Shown piece after piece: positions 48,687-57,670 of a stretch of 64,000 nt of DNA. This DNA comes from an uncultured bacterium. GTDB taxonomy: Bacteria > Verrucomicrobiota > Verrucomicrobiia > Limisphaerales > UBA8199. The notes beneath the pieces are model-generated. The model was not told the DNA's origin, did not search any database, and saw nothing but the letters and a program-made list of their open reading frames with translations. How positions within the stretch are numbered: the stretch's first letter is position 1; every line of letters starts with the position of its first letter. A program made the translations under genes and the position numbers. The stretch spans positions 160,001 through 224,000 of the forward strand of contig CAVVMW010000004.1 in the NCBI GenBank assembly GCA_963749495.1, in the 5' to 3' direction.

Positions 48687-50386
48687 GAATGCAGTTCCGG
48701 CAACAGCGCGCTTTCCAGGCCACCCAACCTCACTTCCCGGCTTTTCGCCCCGCAACGGACGAGGAAGGTCGTTGGTTCCGCGCGCACATTCCACAGCAGC
48801 GCCGCGCGTGCCGATGGATACCACGCCATTACCGCCGGCTCGTCGTTCTCCACAAAAGGCACTTTGCGCAGCGTCGGCCGGATGCGGTGTTTCAAGGCGA
48901 AGAGGGCGGCCAAGGTTTCTTCGCAGGGCTCGAGCACTCCGGTGGTGACTGGAGCCGTCGAACGGCTTACGAACCGGGTGCCGCTTGAGACCAGTTTTCC
49001 TTCGGTTGCCGCTGCGGCATCGGCATCCGACAGGAAGGTCCAGCCCTCCCGCGCGGGCTGACCCGTGACCTCGAAGGGCACGCCCGCTGCCAGGAACAGG
49101 CTCAATGGACGGTCCTCCCCGGTGTAACGGCTGGCCTCACCCCAGTAATGCTTGAAAGGTCCGCGCAGCCGATGCCCCGCCAACCGCCTGTGAAACCCGG
49201 CCTGGCGCTGCATCTCGGGACCCAGCGTGGCCCAGTGGGTCTTCGGAAAGGGCGTGATCCCGCTCATGAACATCGTGTGCCGCACATCGGCCACGGTGGA
49301 CATCACGAGCTTGGCCGCGAGATGCCCGGCGGAAAGTTTGTCCGCCGGGTAGGCCGTGGTCTCGCTCCAGGCGGATTCCGGCGCCGCAAAACGGCGGTGA
49401 AACAACACGCTGAACAATTCGTCGGTTTTCCCTTTCACCGCGCTGAATGCCTGGTCGTCAAACATCAGTTCACCGACCCGCAACGGCACACCCCGGTACT
49501 CTGCCAGGCGGATGCCCGCCTTTTCCGCGCCGAGGTACATTACCATGATCCCCAAGTCGCCGCCGGCCGCTTTCTGCTGCGCCCGGAATGAACCGGTCAA
49601 ATCGTCGCAGGCAAACTCCACCCACTGCCGAAGGAGCGGTGTGAGGCGGCGGGAGCGCGCGTCATCCAACAGCTCGGGCCAACGGCGGCCGGGCAAACCC
49701 GTCCGGCGCAGAAACCGGGGGCGATGTTCTGCGCAAAAACAACCGCCGATCTCGCCCGGCCCACGGGCCAGGCGGAAATCGTCGTCGAGGAAGAACTGCG
49801 AGAAGCCCGCGCGGCGCAGCTTGCGCAGTGCTTCGGCGTTTTCCTCCGTCGCCGGCGCGTGCACAGAAGTGCCCGCGTAGGGTCTCCCGTCCCGGCTCGA
49901 TCCCAAGCGCCAGTGGGCTGGGGGAGTTAGCGGGAAGTCCCCATCCCGGGCGCCGAGGGAATCGCCCGGATGTCCGAGCGGCACGTTGATCACCCTGGCT
50001 TCGAGCCCGGCGAGGCGCAGCGCCTCACGCGCGCGAGTCAGGGCCTCGATCGGCCAGGGCCAATGCCCGTAAAAGAAGCCGGCCAGCCACACACAAGATA
50101 CTCCTGCCCGGGCCACCAGGGCCGGCAAATCAGGGTCCTGCAAAACGGACTGTGGGTTGAGGCACAAATGGTATTCGCGGGCTCTGGCCGCCCGCCCGGC
50201 CCAGGCGTGCCAGGGCAAGAACGCGCCGGTCAGCGAGGCCAACGCTGTGAGCCCGATGCAGCGGCGGCGCGTCATGCCGCCGAATCCGGAGCTTGCCCCG
50301 GAAGCGTCAACTGAGACTGAGCTTTTCATCGAACTGGCACCCGATAATCCAACCTCCAACGGCCAAAGCAAACCGAACTTGTTCAT
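48683..50386 (-). CDS. Tat-exported glycoside hydrolase-like hypothetical protein
   Basis: TRRRCIG leader; FFLDDDFRL and GCFC motifs of TIM-barrel GH-like proteins; start uncertain. Confidence 0.65.
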   Translation of the reverse strand: MNKFGLLWPLEVGLSGASSMKSSVSVDASGASSGFGGMTRRRCIGLTALASLTGAFLPWHAWAGRAARAREYHLCLNPQSVLQDPDLPALVARAGVSCVWLAGFFYGHWPWPIEALTRAREALRLAGLEARVINVPLGHPGDSLGARDGDFPLTPPAHWRLGSSRDGRPYAGTSVHAPATEENAEALRKLRRAGFSQFFLDDDFRLARGPGEIGGCFCAEHRPRFLRRTGLPGRRWPELLDDARSRRLTPLLRQWVEFACDDLTGSFRAQQKAAGGDLGIMVMYLGAEKAGIRLAEYRGVPLRVGELMFDDQAFSAVKGKTDELFSVLFHRRFAAPESAWSETTAYPADKLSAGHLAAKLVMSTVADVRHTMFMSGITPFPKTHWATLGPEMQRQAGFHRRLAGHRLRGPFKHYWGEASRYTGEDRPLSLFLAAGVPFEVTGQPAREGWTFLSDADAAAATEGKLVSSGTRFVSRSTAPVTTGVLEPCEETLAALFALKHRIRPTLRKVPFVENDEPAVMAWYPSARAALLWNVRAEPTTFLVRCGAKSREVRLGGLESALLPELHS

Positions 50387-50637
50387 GCGATGGGACCTTT
50401 CTCTAATTGGGCTGAGGATGAGGGCAGAGCCTCAGTCTCTGCGTGACCCAGACGATGCTCCAGAATGTCGCCAGGCTGGCACTGGAGAATCCGGCAGACG
50501 GCATCGAGGGTCGAAAACCGAATCGCCCTGGCCTTGCCGGTTTGGAGGACCGACAGATTCTGGGGCGTGGTTCCTATGGCTTCGGCAAGGTCATTGAGCC
50601 GCATCTTCCGCTTGGCTAACATCACGTCCAGATTCAC
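50383..50637 (-). CDS. Cro/C1-type HTH regulator (YozG-like), possibly 5'-truncated
   Basis: VNLDVMLAKRKM...NLSVLQTGKARAIRFSTL...CQPGDILE. Confidence 0.8.
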   Translation of the reverse strand: MNLDVMLAKRKMRLNDLAEAIGTTPQNLSVLQTGKARAIRFSTLDAVCRILQCQPGDILEHRLGHAETEALPSSSAQLEKGPIA

Positions 50638-50654
50638 CTCGCACGACCCGCAGG

Positions 50655-51710
50655 TTACGGTTGCGGCGGTATGAGCGCTTCGCGAATGGGCTGGACCCAT
50701 TTCTGGTTCACCATGTCGAAGAGCACAAAATCCCCGGCGAATTGCCAATAGGCCCAGCTCCAACCCTGCTTCTCGGCTTGGCGGGCCACAAAGGCCGTCC
50801 AGCGAGCCCGCGAAGCCATGTCCCCCTTTTCGTAGGCCCCAAATTCACCCAGATAGATGGGGCGGTTCTGCCGCCCGGCCCAGGCCCGCACCTGCTCAAA
50901 ATCCTGCTCGATCGCCTGACGCTCCTGTTCCGTGCCTTGCCAGGCGACACCCGTTTTGTCCCTTTGCCCGGTCCAGGGCGTTCCCTGGTGGGTGAACGCG
51001 AACGGGTCATAATAATGGAAGGTGACGATGAGATTCCGGTCTTCCTCGGGCAGGTGCAGCGACTCCAACTGCTTGAAACCGTTCCACGGGTCAGGCCCGA
51101 TAATCACGGTGCGCGCCGGATTGGATGCCCGGATGATGGCCAGGGCCTCGTGCCAATAATTGCTCCAGGATTGGTGGGTGAACTTGGGGGCCGGCTCGTT
51201 GAGGATCTCGAACAACACTTGCGGCGGACGCCCTTGGCAATGGTTGGCAATGGCGGTCCAACTCGCCAGGAAGTCGCTTTTCCTGCCGGCGGGATCGGGT
51301 GAAATCGCCAGGTCATCGTGATAATCGAGGACCACCAGCAGCGTGTTGGCCAGGGCCTGGTCGATGGCCCAATCGAGGGTTGTGAAAAACTCGGGCCGCA
51401 GGTTGCCCTGGGCGTCGGGCCTGCCATCGCGCAGCGGGTGGAGATTGATGCGCACGTGGCTGAACCCGGCTTCGTGGATCAGCTTGAAATGTTCATCCTT
51501 GAACTGGCCGCGGGCGCGATCCCGCCAAAGCGCGTCCCAGCCGATGATGTTCACGCCCCGCCCCAGCCGTTGGTTTTGCCGGAAGGCGTCCGCAGCGGTG
51601 ACGGGAATCAGGCAGGTGAGCGTGATCGCCGCCAAGGCGGCAGCCACAACGGGTTTCATCCGGCTTGGAACGGTGAGCCAATGTCGAGCAGTCGCGGCAG
51701 TCATATTCAT
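50655..51710 (-). CDS. glycoside hydrolase family 5 (cellulase/endoglucanase)
   Basis: LGRGVN, HVRI, FEILNEP, FHYY, YLGEFG, WAYW. Confidence 0.93.
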   Translation of the reverse strand: MNMTAATARHWLTVPSRMKPVVAAALAAITLTCLIPVTAADAFRQNQRLGRGVNIIGWDALWRDRARGQFKDEHFKLIHEAGFSHVRINLHPLRDGRPDAQGNLRPEFFTTLDWAIDQALANTLLVVLDYHDDLAISPDPAGRKSDFLASWTAIANHCQGRPPQVLFEILNEPAPKFTHQSWSNYWHEALAIIRASNPARTVIIGPDPWNGFKQLESLHLPEEDRNLIVTFHYYDPFAFTHQGTPWTGQRDKTGVAWQGTEQERQAIEQDFEQVRAWAGRQNRPIYLGEFGAYEKGDMASRARWTAFVARQAEKQGWSWAYWQFAGDFVLFDMVNQKWVQPIREALIPPQP

Positions 51711-51974
51711 CGGGTGAGGGAATCATCGGGCGAGGAGCGGCGCAAGCCCAACCTGCATCATCCGGGTTAGCGGCTCTGGGCGAAAACCTCCGGGACATGC
51801 ACTGTGGTCACATCCCACACGACCCTGAGGTCCACGTTGGCATAGTCATGCGCTACCATATTACGCATCCCGCGCATCTTTCGGAACGGGAGTTCGGGGA
51901 TGGCTTGCCGGGTTTCCTCTGTCAGGTGCACCGCCGCTTCACGGATGATTTCGGTGCGGCGGATGATGGCATCC

Positions 51975-52105
51975 TATCGACATCACGCTCGGCGGTGGCC
52001 AGGCCCTTGGCCGCGGACCCGAACACCTCCAGGGGACAGATGCGGCGCTTCTCGCAGAAGGGCTGGAGCACCATCCGCATTTCCGCGAGCGAGAGTGGAG
52101 ACTGA
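51975..52105 (-). pseudogene. N-terminal remnant of a minimal nucleotidyltransferase (MNT antitoxin)
   Basis: My translation: LSLAEMRMVLQPFCEKRRICPLEVFGSAAKGLATAERDVD (FGS...DVD motif). Confidence 0.65.
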
Positions 52106-52113
52106 GGTTGGCC

Positions 52114-53034
52114 CTAAATTGCGAGGTCCAATGGCAGGTCGCTGATGTCTCTGACACGTTTGCCATTGACCAGCGTGCTCAGGCTTCTGTGCTGGTCGGA
52201 CTTGCCGAGGGTCTGAACTTCCTCTACGGCGGCCCTGAGTTCGGGAAGCGCGATGTGGTAAACGCAGTCGAGATCGCTCGTTCCGAGCGCGAGCGACGCG
52301 AGGCGCGACGGGAGCGGTTCGGCTGTGATGGCGACTATATGGGGCACGCGGCCTTTGCGGTTGCGGATAAGATTGAGGGCTTCGGAGCGGGCGTTCTGTG
52401 CCCTGTCACTGCGGAGTGTCCACTTGCAGGAGACGCTGGCGTGCAGGAGGAGTATTTCATGTTCGATCTCCTTGCCTCTGAGTCTCGTGCGAACATTCGG
52501 GCGGTTTAGTCGCCGGAGTGGCGTGAGCCTGGCGAATGCCTCGTCGGCGACATTGAGGGGGCCGTTGAGCCTGTCCTCTGATTCGGGGCGGCGGAGGACG
52601 ATGACGTCGGGAGTAATAAGGTAGTCTGAGCCGAGGGCGGCGCTGACTTCGGGGTCGGACTCGATTATGGCCATGAGCTTGGCGAGGTGCTCGTACTGCT
52701 CGAAGTTGGAAATTTCAACTGAGGCGCTGGATCTGCGGTCGCGGATTTCCCAATCGCCTGGCCGCAGATGGGCGAGCTTGAGGAAGGTGGCGCGCAGGAA
52801 GTCGGCGACCGCCTGCTCGAATTTCTTGCCGGATGTTTGGCCCGCCTCCTTGATCTGCGTGAGTGCGTTGCCGATCTGGTGGACGATGCCTTTCGCGAAG
52901 GCGATGCTTGCTTCGCTGTCGCGGTCGGCAATGTTGGGGACGCCTTCCCGGTCTAAGGTAAGGATTCCTTTGAGAAGCGCGCGGTGGAACTGCACACGGG
53001 CGGCAGTTATCAACGCAGGACTATTTTGTGGCAT
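52114..53034 (-). CDS. type II restriction endonuclease, NgoMIV family
   Basis: GQTSGKKFE, QYEHL, YLITPD, SCKWTLRSDRAQNARSEA, NRKGRVPH, TAEPLPSR. Confidence 0.9.
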   Translation of the reverse strand: MPQNSPALITAARVQFHRALLKGILTLDREGVPNIADRDSEASIAFAKGIVHQIGNALTQIKEAGQTSGKKFEQAVADFLRATFLKLAHLRPGDWEIRDRRSSASVEISNFEQYEHLAKLMAIIESDPEVSAALGSDYLITPDVIVLRRPESEDRLNGPLNVADEAFARLTPLRRLNRPNVRTRLRGKEIEHEILLLHASVSCKWTLRSDRAQNARSEALNLIRNRKGRVPHIVAITAEPLPSRLASLALGTSDLDCVYHIALPELRAAVEEVQTLGKSDQHRSLSTLVNGKRVRDISDLPLDLAI

Positions 53035-53049
53035 TGGTGGTGTTGGGGG

Positions 53050-54076
53050 CTAAATTGGCGGTCTGTTCGTCTTGGCCTTCCGTGGCCCGTCGAACAACCG
53101 GGCTTGGATGGCGAGGCGTTCGCCGCTCAATTGGTTTCTTTGGCGGGTGAGCGCCCGTCTTATCGCTAACCCGACAGCTTTGGCCACGAGGGGTGGAAAG
53201 GCGTTTCCCACCTGGCGATAAGCGATGGTCTTGCCACCGACGAAGTCCCACTCGTCCGGGAAGCTTTGGATGCGAGCGACCATTCTAACAGTCAGCCTCG
53301 GGAAACCTTCTTCAGGGAAGTTCTCATCGGGAGCAGCGTCAGCGATACCCAGGCCGTCAACACGGAACTCACGCCACTGTTTGCGAGCCCGTGTGGGGCC
53401 GAGATCTGGGCCTCCGTGTTTCTTGGAGCCGCCGACGATGGTGGGTGCGATGCCTTCGGCGCGCCGCGCCCAGGCTTCAGCGCCGGGCCACCCATTTGCG
53501 CCCATGAGGTCCACGAGCGTCTCGCCCACACTCCGGTAGGGGCCGGTGGGCTCCGGCCGACTCGAGAAACTCCGCATCACGGGGCTGGAGGGCTACCAGG
53601 AGGAAGCGGGGACGGAGTTGGGGGACGCCATAGTCGAATGCCTGGAGGACCTTCCATTCGGGCTGGTACCCCAGTCTGGAGAGTTTGGCCAGAAGGTCAC
53701 GCCGGTAGTGTTCAAACCTTGCTGAGGCGAGGCCTGGAACGTTTTCGAAAAGAACGGCCCTTGGCTTCACCCTTTCGACTATTGATATGGCCGCGGGGAA
53801 CATGTCGCGTTCATCGTCGGCACCGAGTTGCTTTCCAGCGATGCTGAAAGGGGGGCATGGAACACCGCCCGCGAGGAGGTCTATGCCGGTGAACTTCTCG
53901 GCGGGGAAGACGCGGATGTCCTCTTGGTAGGTGTTCCAGTGCGGGCGGTTCTTTCGCAGCGTTGTGCAGAAGTTGGGCTCGTATTCCACCAAGGCTTCGT
54001 GGTGGAATCCGGCCATCTCGAGCCCGAGGGCTTGGCCTCCCCCCCCGGCGCAAAGTTCAACTGCTGAAAAGCTCAT
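53050..54076 (-). CDS. C5-cytosine DNA methyltransferase; +1 frameshift near 53560
   Basis: LCAGGGG, GVPCPPFS, FENV, QLRPR, TIVGGSKKHGGPDLG, YRQVGNA split over two frames. Confidence 0.9.
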
Positions 54077-54531
54077 TTCTTTGAGGTGACTTTACCAGCA
54101 CGGCCTTCGGTTTGCGAGAGTGGACTTCTTGCGAGTGCCTGCTTGATTTTGGAGACAATGGCGGTTGGGTTTTGCAGGTCGTGCTCCCAGAAGCGTAGCA
54201 CAGTCCGACCCGCCCTGCGGAGTGCGGTTGCTACAGCCCTATCCCGCGTCTTGTTGCGGGCCAACTTCGGCGCCCAGTACCAGGTGTTGCTGCCGGGATT
54301 GCGGCCGTGTTTAGGGCACCCGTGCCAGAAGCAGCCGTCAACGAAGATGGCAAGCCGGTCGCGCCGGAATACGAAATCGGGGCGGCCTGCCAGGGGCTGA
54401 TGCCGTCGCCAGCCGGTGACGCGGGCGGCGCGCAGAATGGCCGCGAGCTTTAGTTCGGTGTCCCTGTTGCCGCGGGAGCGGATGGCGGCCATAACCTGGC
54501 TGCGCTTTCGCTTTGTGAATACGTCGGGCAC
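54073..54531 (-). CDS. vsr: very short patch repair endonuclease
   Basis: DVFT..KRS.VM..IRS, GRPD, FVDGCFWHGC, RFWEH. Confidence 0.93.
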   Translation of the reverse strand: MPDVFTKRKRSQVMAAIRSRGNRDTELKLAAILRAARVTGWRRHQPLAGRPDFVFRRDRLAIFVDGCFWHGCPKHGRNPGSNTWYWAPKLARNKTRDRAVATALRRAGRTVLRFWEHDLQNPTAIVSKIKQALARSPLSQTEGRAGKVTSKK

Positions 54532-54584
54532 TGGCGGAATATAGCAGGATTGGGCGGTTTGGTTAATGAAAAACAGACTGGCGC

Positions 54585-54885
54585 CGCGATCGTCGTCTGG
54601 CGGTAGCCGCCCCAGGTCTGGTCAAACCATCCTTCCCGCAGCACGGGCGGTTGGTCGTCCACGCGGACGCTCGCCTGGCCCATCGGACCGCGGAAGTGCC
54701 AGTCCATGAGCAGGATGGCTTGGCCCGCCACCTCGAATTGGATCACGCTGCCCGGCGGGTCGGCTTTCCAGTACTTGTCTCCCCGCTGTTTGGACTCGCA
54801 ACTCCAGCCCTGCCACGTGAACCGATTCGGCGCCTGGGTCGTGACCTCGTGGCCGGAGCACCTGGCGCGCGAACTCCACATCATC
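54585..54885 (-). pseudogene. C-terminal remnant of a hydrolase-like protein truncated at the R-M island edge
   Basis: Protein-like segment YWKADPPGSVIQFEV...GWFDQTWGGYRQT with no start or normal end. Confidence 0.45.
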
Positions 54886-55327
54886 GACGTTGAGAGCTTG
54901 CGCTGAGAAAAGCACACTCGGCGGGCGGCCCACTGATGCTCCACGCGGACCTTGCCGCCGAAATCGGCGCACCACGCGGGCAATCGGCCTCCAACTCGGC
55001 CAACAGGATGCTCAGCCCGGCGGCGTCAAGCCTCGTAGGCGGCACCCAAATCCTCGGCTAAGAATTCTTGAAACCCTGAATTCGGTTGCGTCGCATGGCC
55101 CGGCGGCATTGATCTGTGCCGAGACACGATGCATCGCACTATGGCCGGATGCGAATCCCAGGCGGCGCTCCCTCGGTCCGGGGGCTGAGGGCGTCAGCTT
55201 CCCTTGACACTCCGCCGGCGCTCGCGCTCGCGCCACTCATGGCCGGGCGCGGTGTTTATCTCAGAACGAAACGGGGTTGGTGTGGTCAAAGCATTATTGC
55301 GGGAAGGCGCCAAACCGGATCAACGCG

Positions 55328-56311
55328 ATGAACGACATTTCACCCCAGGAGGTCAGCCAACTCTATGGCCGGATCACGGCGGAGTTGGGGCGGGTGATCG
55401 TGGGCCAGGACCAGGTGGTGAAGTTGTTGCTGGTGAGCCTGTTCGCGCGGGGGCATTGCCTGCTGGTGGGAGTGCCGGGCCTGGCCAAGACGCTCATCGT
55501 GCGGGCGCTCTCGGAGATCCTCCAGTTGAGCTTCAAGCGCATCCAATTCACGCCGGACCTGATGCCGGCGGACATCATCGGCTCGGAGGTCCTCCAGGAA
55601 CGCGAGCGGCGGCTCGAATATGAATACAAGCCGGGCCCCGTCTTCGCCAACCTGATCCTGGCCGACGAGATCAACCGGACGCCGCCCAAGACCCAGGCGG
55701 CCTTGCTCGAGGCGATGCAGGAACACAAGGTCACCGTGGGCGGCCAATCGCGTCCGCTGCCCGACCCCTTCCTGGTGGTGGCGACCCAAAATCCGATCGA
55801 GCAGGAAGGGACCTATCCCTTGCCGGAGGCGCAACTGGACCGGTTCATGTTCTCGCTTTACCTGGATTACCCGGCCAAGGCGGAGGAGACGGAGGTGGTG
55901 AAACGGACGACGTTGCGGGAGTTGCCGGCGCTCGAGCCGACGGTCGCCGCCGAGGACCTGCTCCGGGTGCAGCGGTTGGTGCTGGCTGCGCCCGTGTCCG
56001 ATCACGTGGTCGATTACGCGGTCTCACTGTCCGCCGCCACGCGCCCGGGCAGCCCCGACGGCCTGCAAGTGGCGCGGGACTTCGTGGAATGGGGGGCAGG
56101 CCCGCGCGCCTCGCAGTACCTGATCCTGGGCGCCAAGGCGCTGGCCCTGCTGGACGGCAAGATCACTCCCGAGACTGCCGACGTGCGCCAGGTGGCCGTG
56201 CACGTCCTCCAGCACCGGGTCATCACCAACTACCGGGCCACCGGCGCCGGCAAGAAATCGCGTGACATCGTCAAAAATGTCATCGAGCAGGTGAGGGAAC
56301 TGGCGTATTGA
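55328..56311 (+). CDS. MoxR family AAA+ ATPase
   Basis: GVPGLAKT, RIQFTPDLMP, LADEINR, TQNPIEQEGTYPLPEAQLDRF. Confidence 0.95.
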   Translation: MNDISPQEVSQLYGRITAELGRVIVGQDQVVKLLLVSLFARGHCLLVGVPGLAKTLIVRALSEILQLSFKRIQFTPDLMPADIIGSEVLQERERRLEYEYKPGPVFANLILADEINRTPPKTQAALLEAMQEHKVTVGGQSRPLPDPFLVVATQNPIEQEGTYPLPEAQLDRFMFSLYLDYPAKAEETEVVKRTTLRELPALEPTVAAEDLLRVQRLVLAAPVSDHVVDYAVSLSAATRPGSPDGLQVARDFVEWGAGPRASQYLILGAKALALLDGKITPETADVRQVAVHVLQHRVITNYRATGAGKKSRDIVKNVIEQVRELAY

Positions 56312-56317
56312 GCCGCA

Positions 56318-57412
56318 ATGAACGATCCTTTGCGCAAACCGCCGGCAATCGGGGGGCGGAGCGGGACGTGGGGCGCGGGAGTGCCGCTGCCGCCGCCTCC
56401 GAGAATCCCGCCGCCGCCGCGGATTCCAGCGCCGCCTCGCATCCCGCCCGGTTCGCGCGTGCCCGCGGCGATGGCGCGGCTCTACCCGCGACAGCCTCCG
56501 GTGGCCAGCCGCCACTCGCTGCTGCTGCCGGAGGAGTTGGAGCGGTTCAAGAACCTCCTGGTCTTTGCCCGCGCGACGGTCGAGGGCTATTTCATCGGCA
56601 AACACAAGTCGCCCTACCGGGGCTCGTCGGTGGAGTTCACCGATTACAAGGACTACGTGCCGGGCGACGAGATGAACCGGATCGATTGGCGGGCCTACGG
56701 GCGGACGCGGCGGCTCTTCGTGCGCCAGTACGAGGCGGAGACAGACATGGTAGTGTACCTGCTGCTGGACGTGAGCGCCTCGATGAGCTACGCGGGGGCG
56801 GGGCGGCAGTCGAAGTACCTGGTGGCGGCCAAGATAGCGGCGGCCCTGGCCTACCTGATGCTCCACCAGGGCGACAAGGCGGCGCTGGTGATGTTTTCCG
56901 ACACGCTAAACCGGTTTTTGGCCCCGGGCGGCACGCGCCGCCACCTGCACAACCTGGTGACCGAACTGGAGCGCGTCGAGCCCGCCTCGACCACGGGCAT
57001 CGCCCCCGCCCTCCAGGAGTGCGATTCCCTGTTCAAGAAACGCGGGCGCCTGGTCATCCTCTCGGATTTCTGGACGGACCTGCCCGGTTTCCTCGATGCC
57101 CTGGGCCGGTTCCAGCACCGGAAGTTCGAGATCCTGTTGCTGCACGTGCTGGACCCCGATGAGCTGAGCCTGCCCCCGGCCCAGGCGGCGCGCTTCCAGG
57201 ACTTGGAGACGCGGGAGGAGGTCCAGGTCGAGTTGGACGAGATCCGCGCCGCCTACCGTGCCGGCGTGCAGGCGCGCCTGGACCAACTCGCCGCCGAGGC
57301 CAACAACCGCGGCCTCAACCATGCCATTGTCAATACCGAAAACCCCTACCTCCAGGCCATCGAGGCCTACCTCGGGTTCAGGGGGCGAAACTTCTTCGGA
57401 AGGAGCGTATGA
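56318..57412 (+). CDS. DUF58 family protein with Pro-rich N-terminal extension
   Basis: GSSVEF, YVPGD, IDW, LDVSASM, ILSDF. Confidence 0.9.
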   Translation: MNDPLRKPPAIGGRSGTWGAGVPLPPPPRIPPPPRIPAPPRIPPGSRVPAAMARLYPRQPPVASRHSLLLPEELERFKNLLVFARATVEGYFIGKHKSPYRGSSVEFTDYKDYVPGDEMNRIDWRAYGRTRRLFVRQYEAETDMVVYLLLDVSASMSYAGAGRQSKYLVAAKIAAALAYLMLHQGDKAALVMFSDTLNRFLAPGGTRRHLHNLVTELERVEPASTTGIAPALQECDSLFKKRGRLVILSDFWTDLPGFLDALGRFQHRKFEILLLHVLDPDELSLPPAQAARFQDLETREEVQVELDEIRAAYRAGVQARLDQLAAEANNRGLNHAIVNTENPYLQAIEAYLGFRGRNFFGRSV

Positions 57413-57670
57413 GGCAAGGGCTCAAGGAATGACGAATGACGAATGACGAATGACGAAGGCGGAATTTGGCGGACGCCGAAATCCGAATCTCAAAACCCGA
57501 AAGTCGAATGTTCAAAACGCGTGCGCCAGACTGGATTCGGACGTTTTCAGGCTGAATATTGGCGTTGATATGGATTGCAGATTTCAAATCTCAGGTTTCT
57601 CGTCATTCGTCATTCGTCATTCGTCATTCGTCACTTGCGAAACTCCAGGCCCCAACGGCCCTTCCCCCGC
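57413..57670. repeat. insert with inverted heptamer arrays (AATGACG)4 / (TCGTCAT)4
   Basis: Arrays at 57428-57456 and 57600-57633. Confidence 0.88.
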
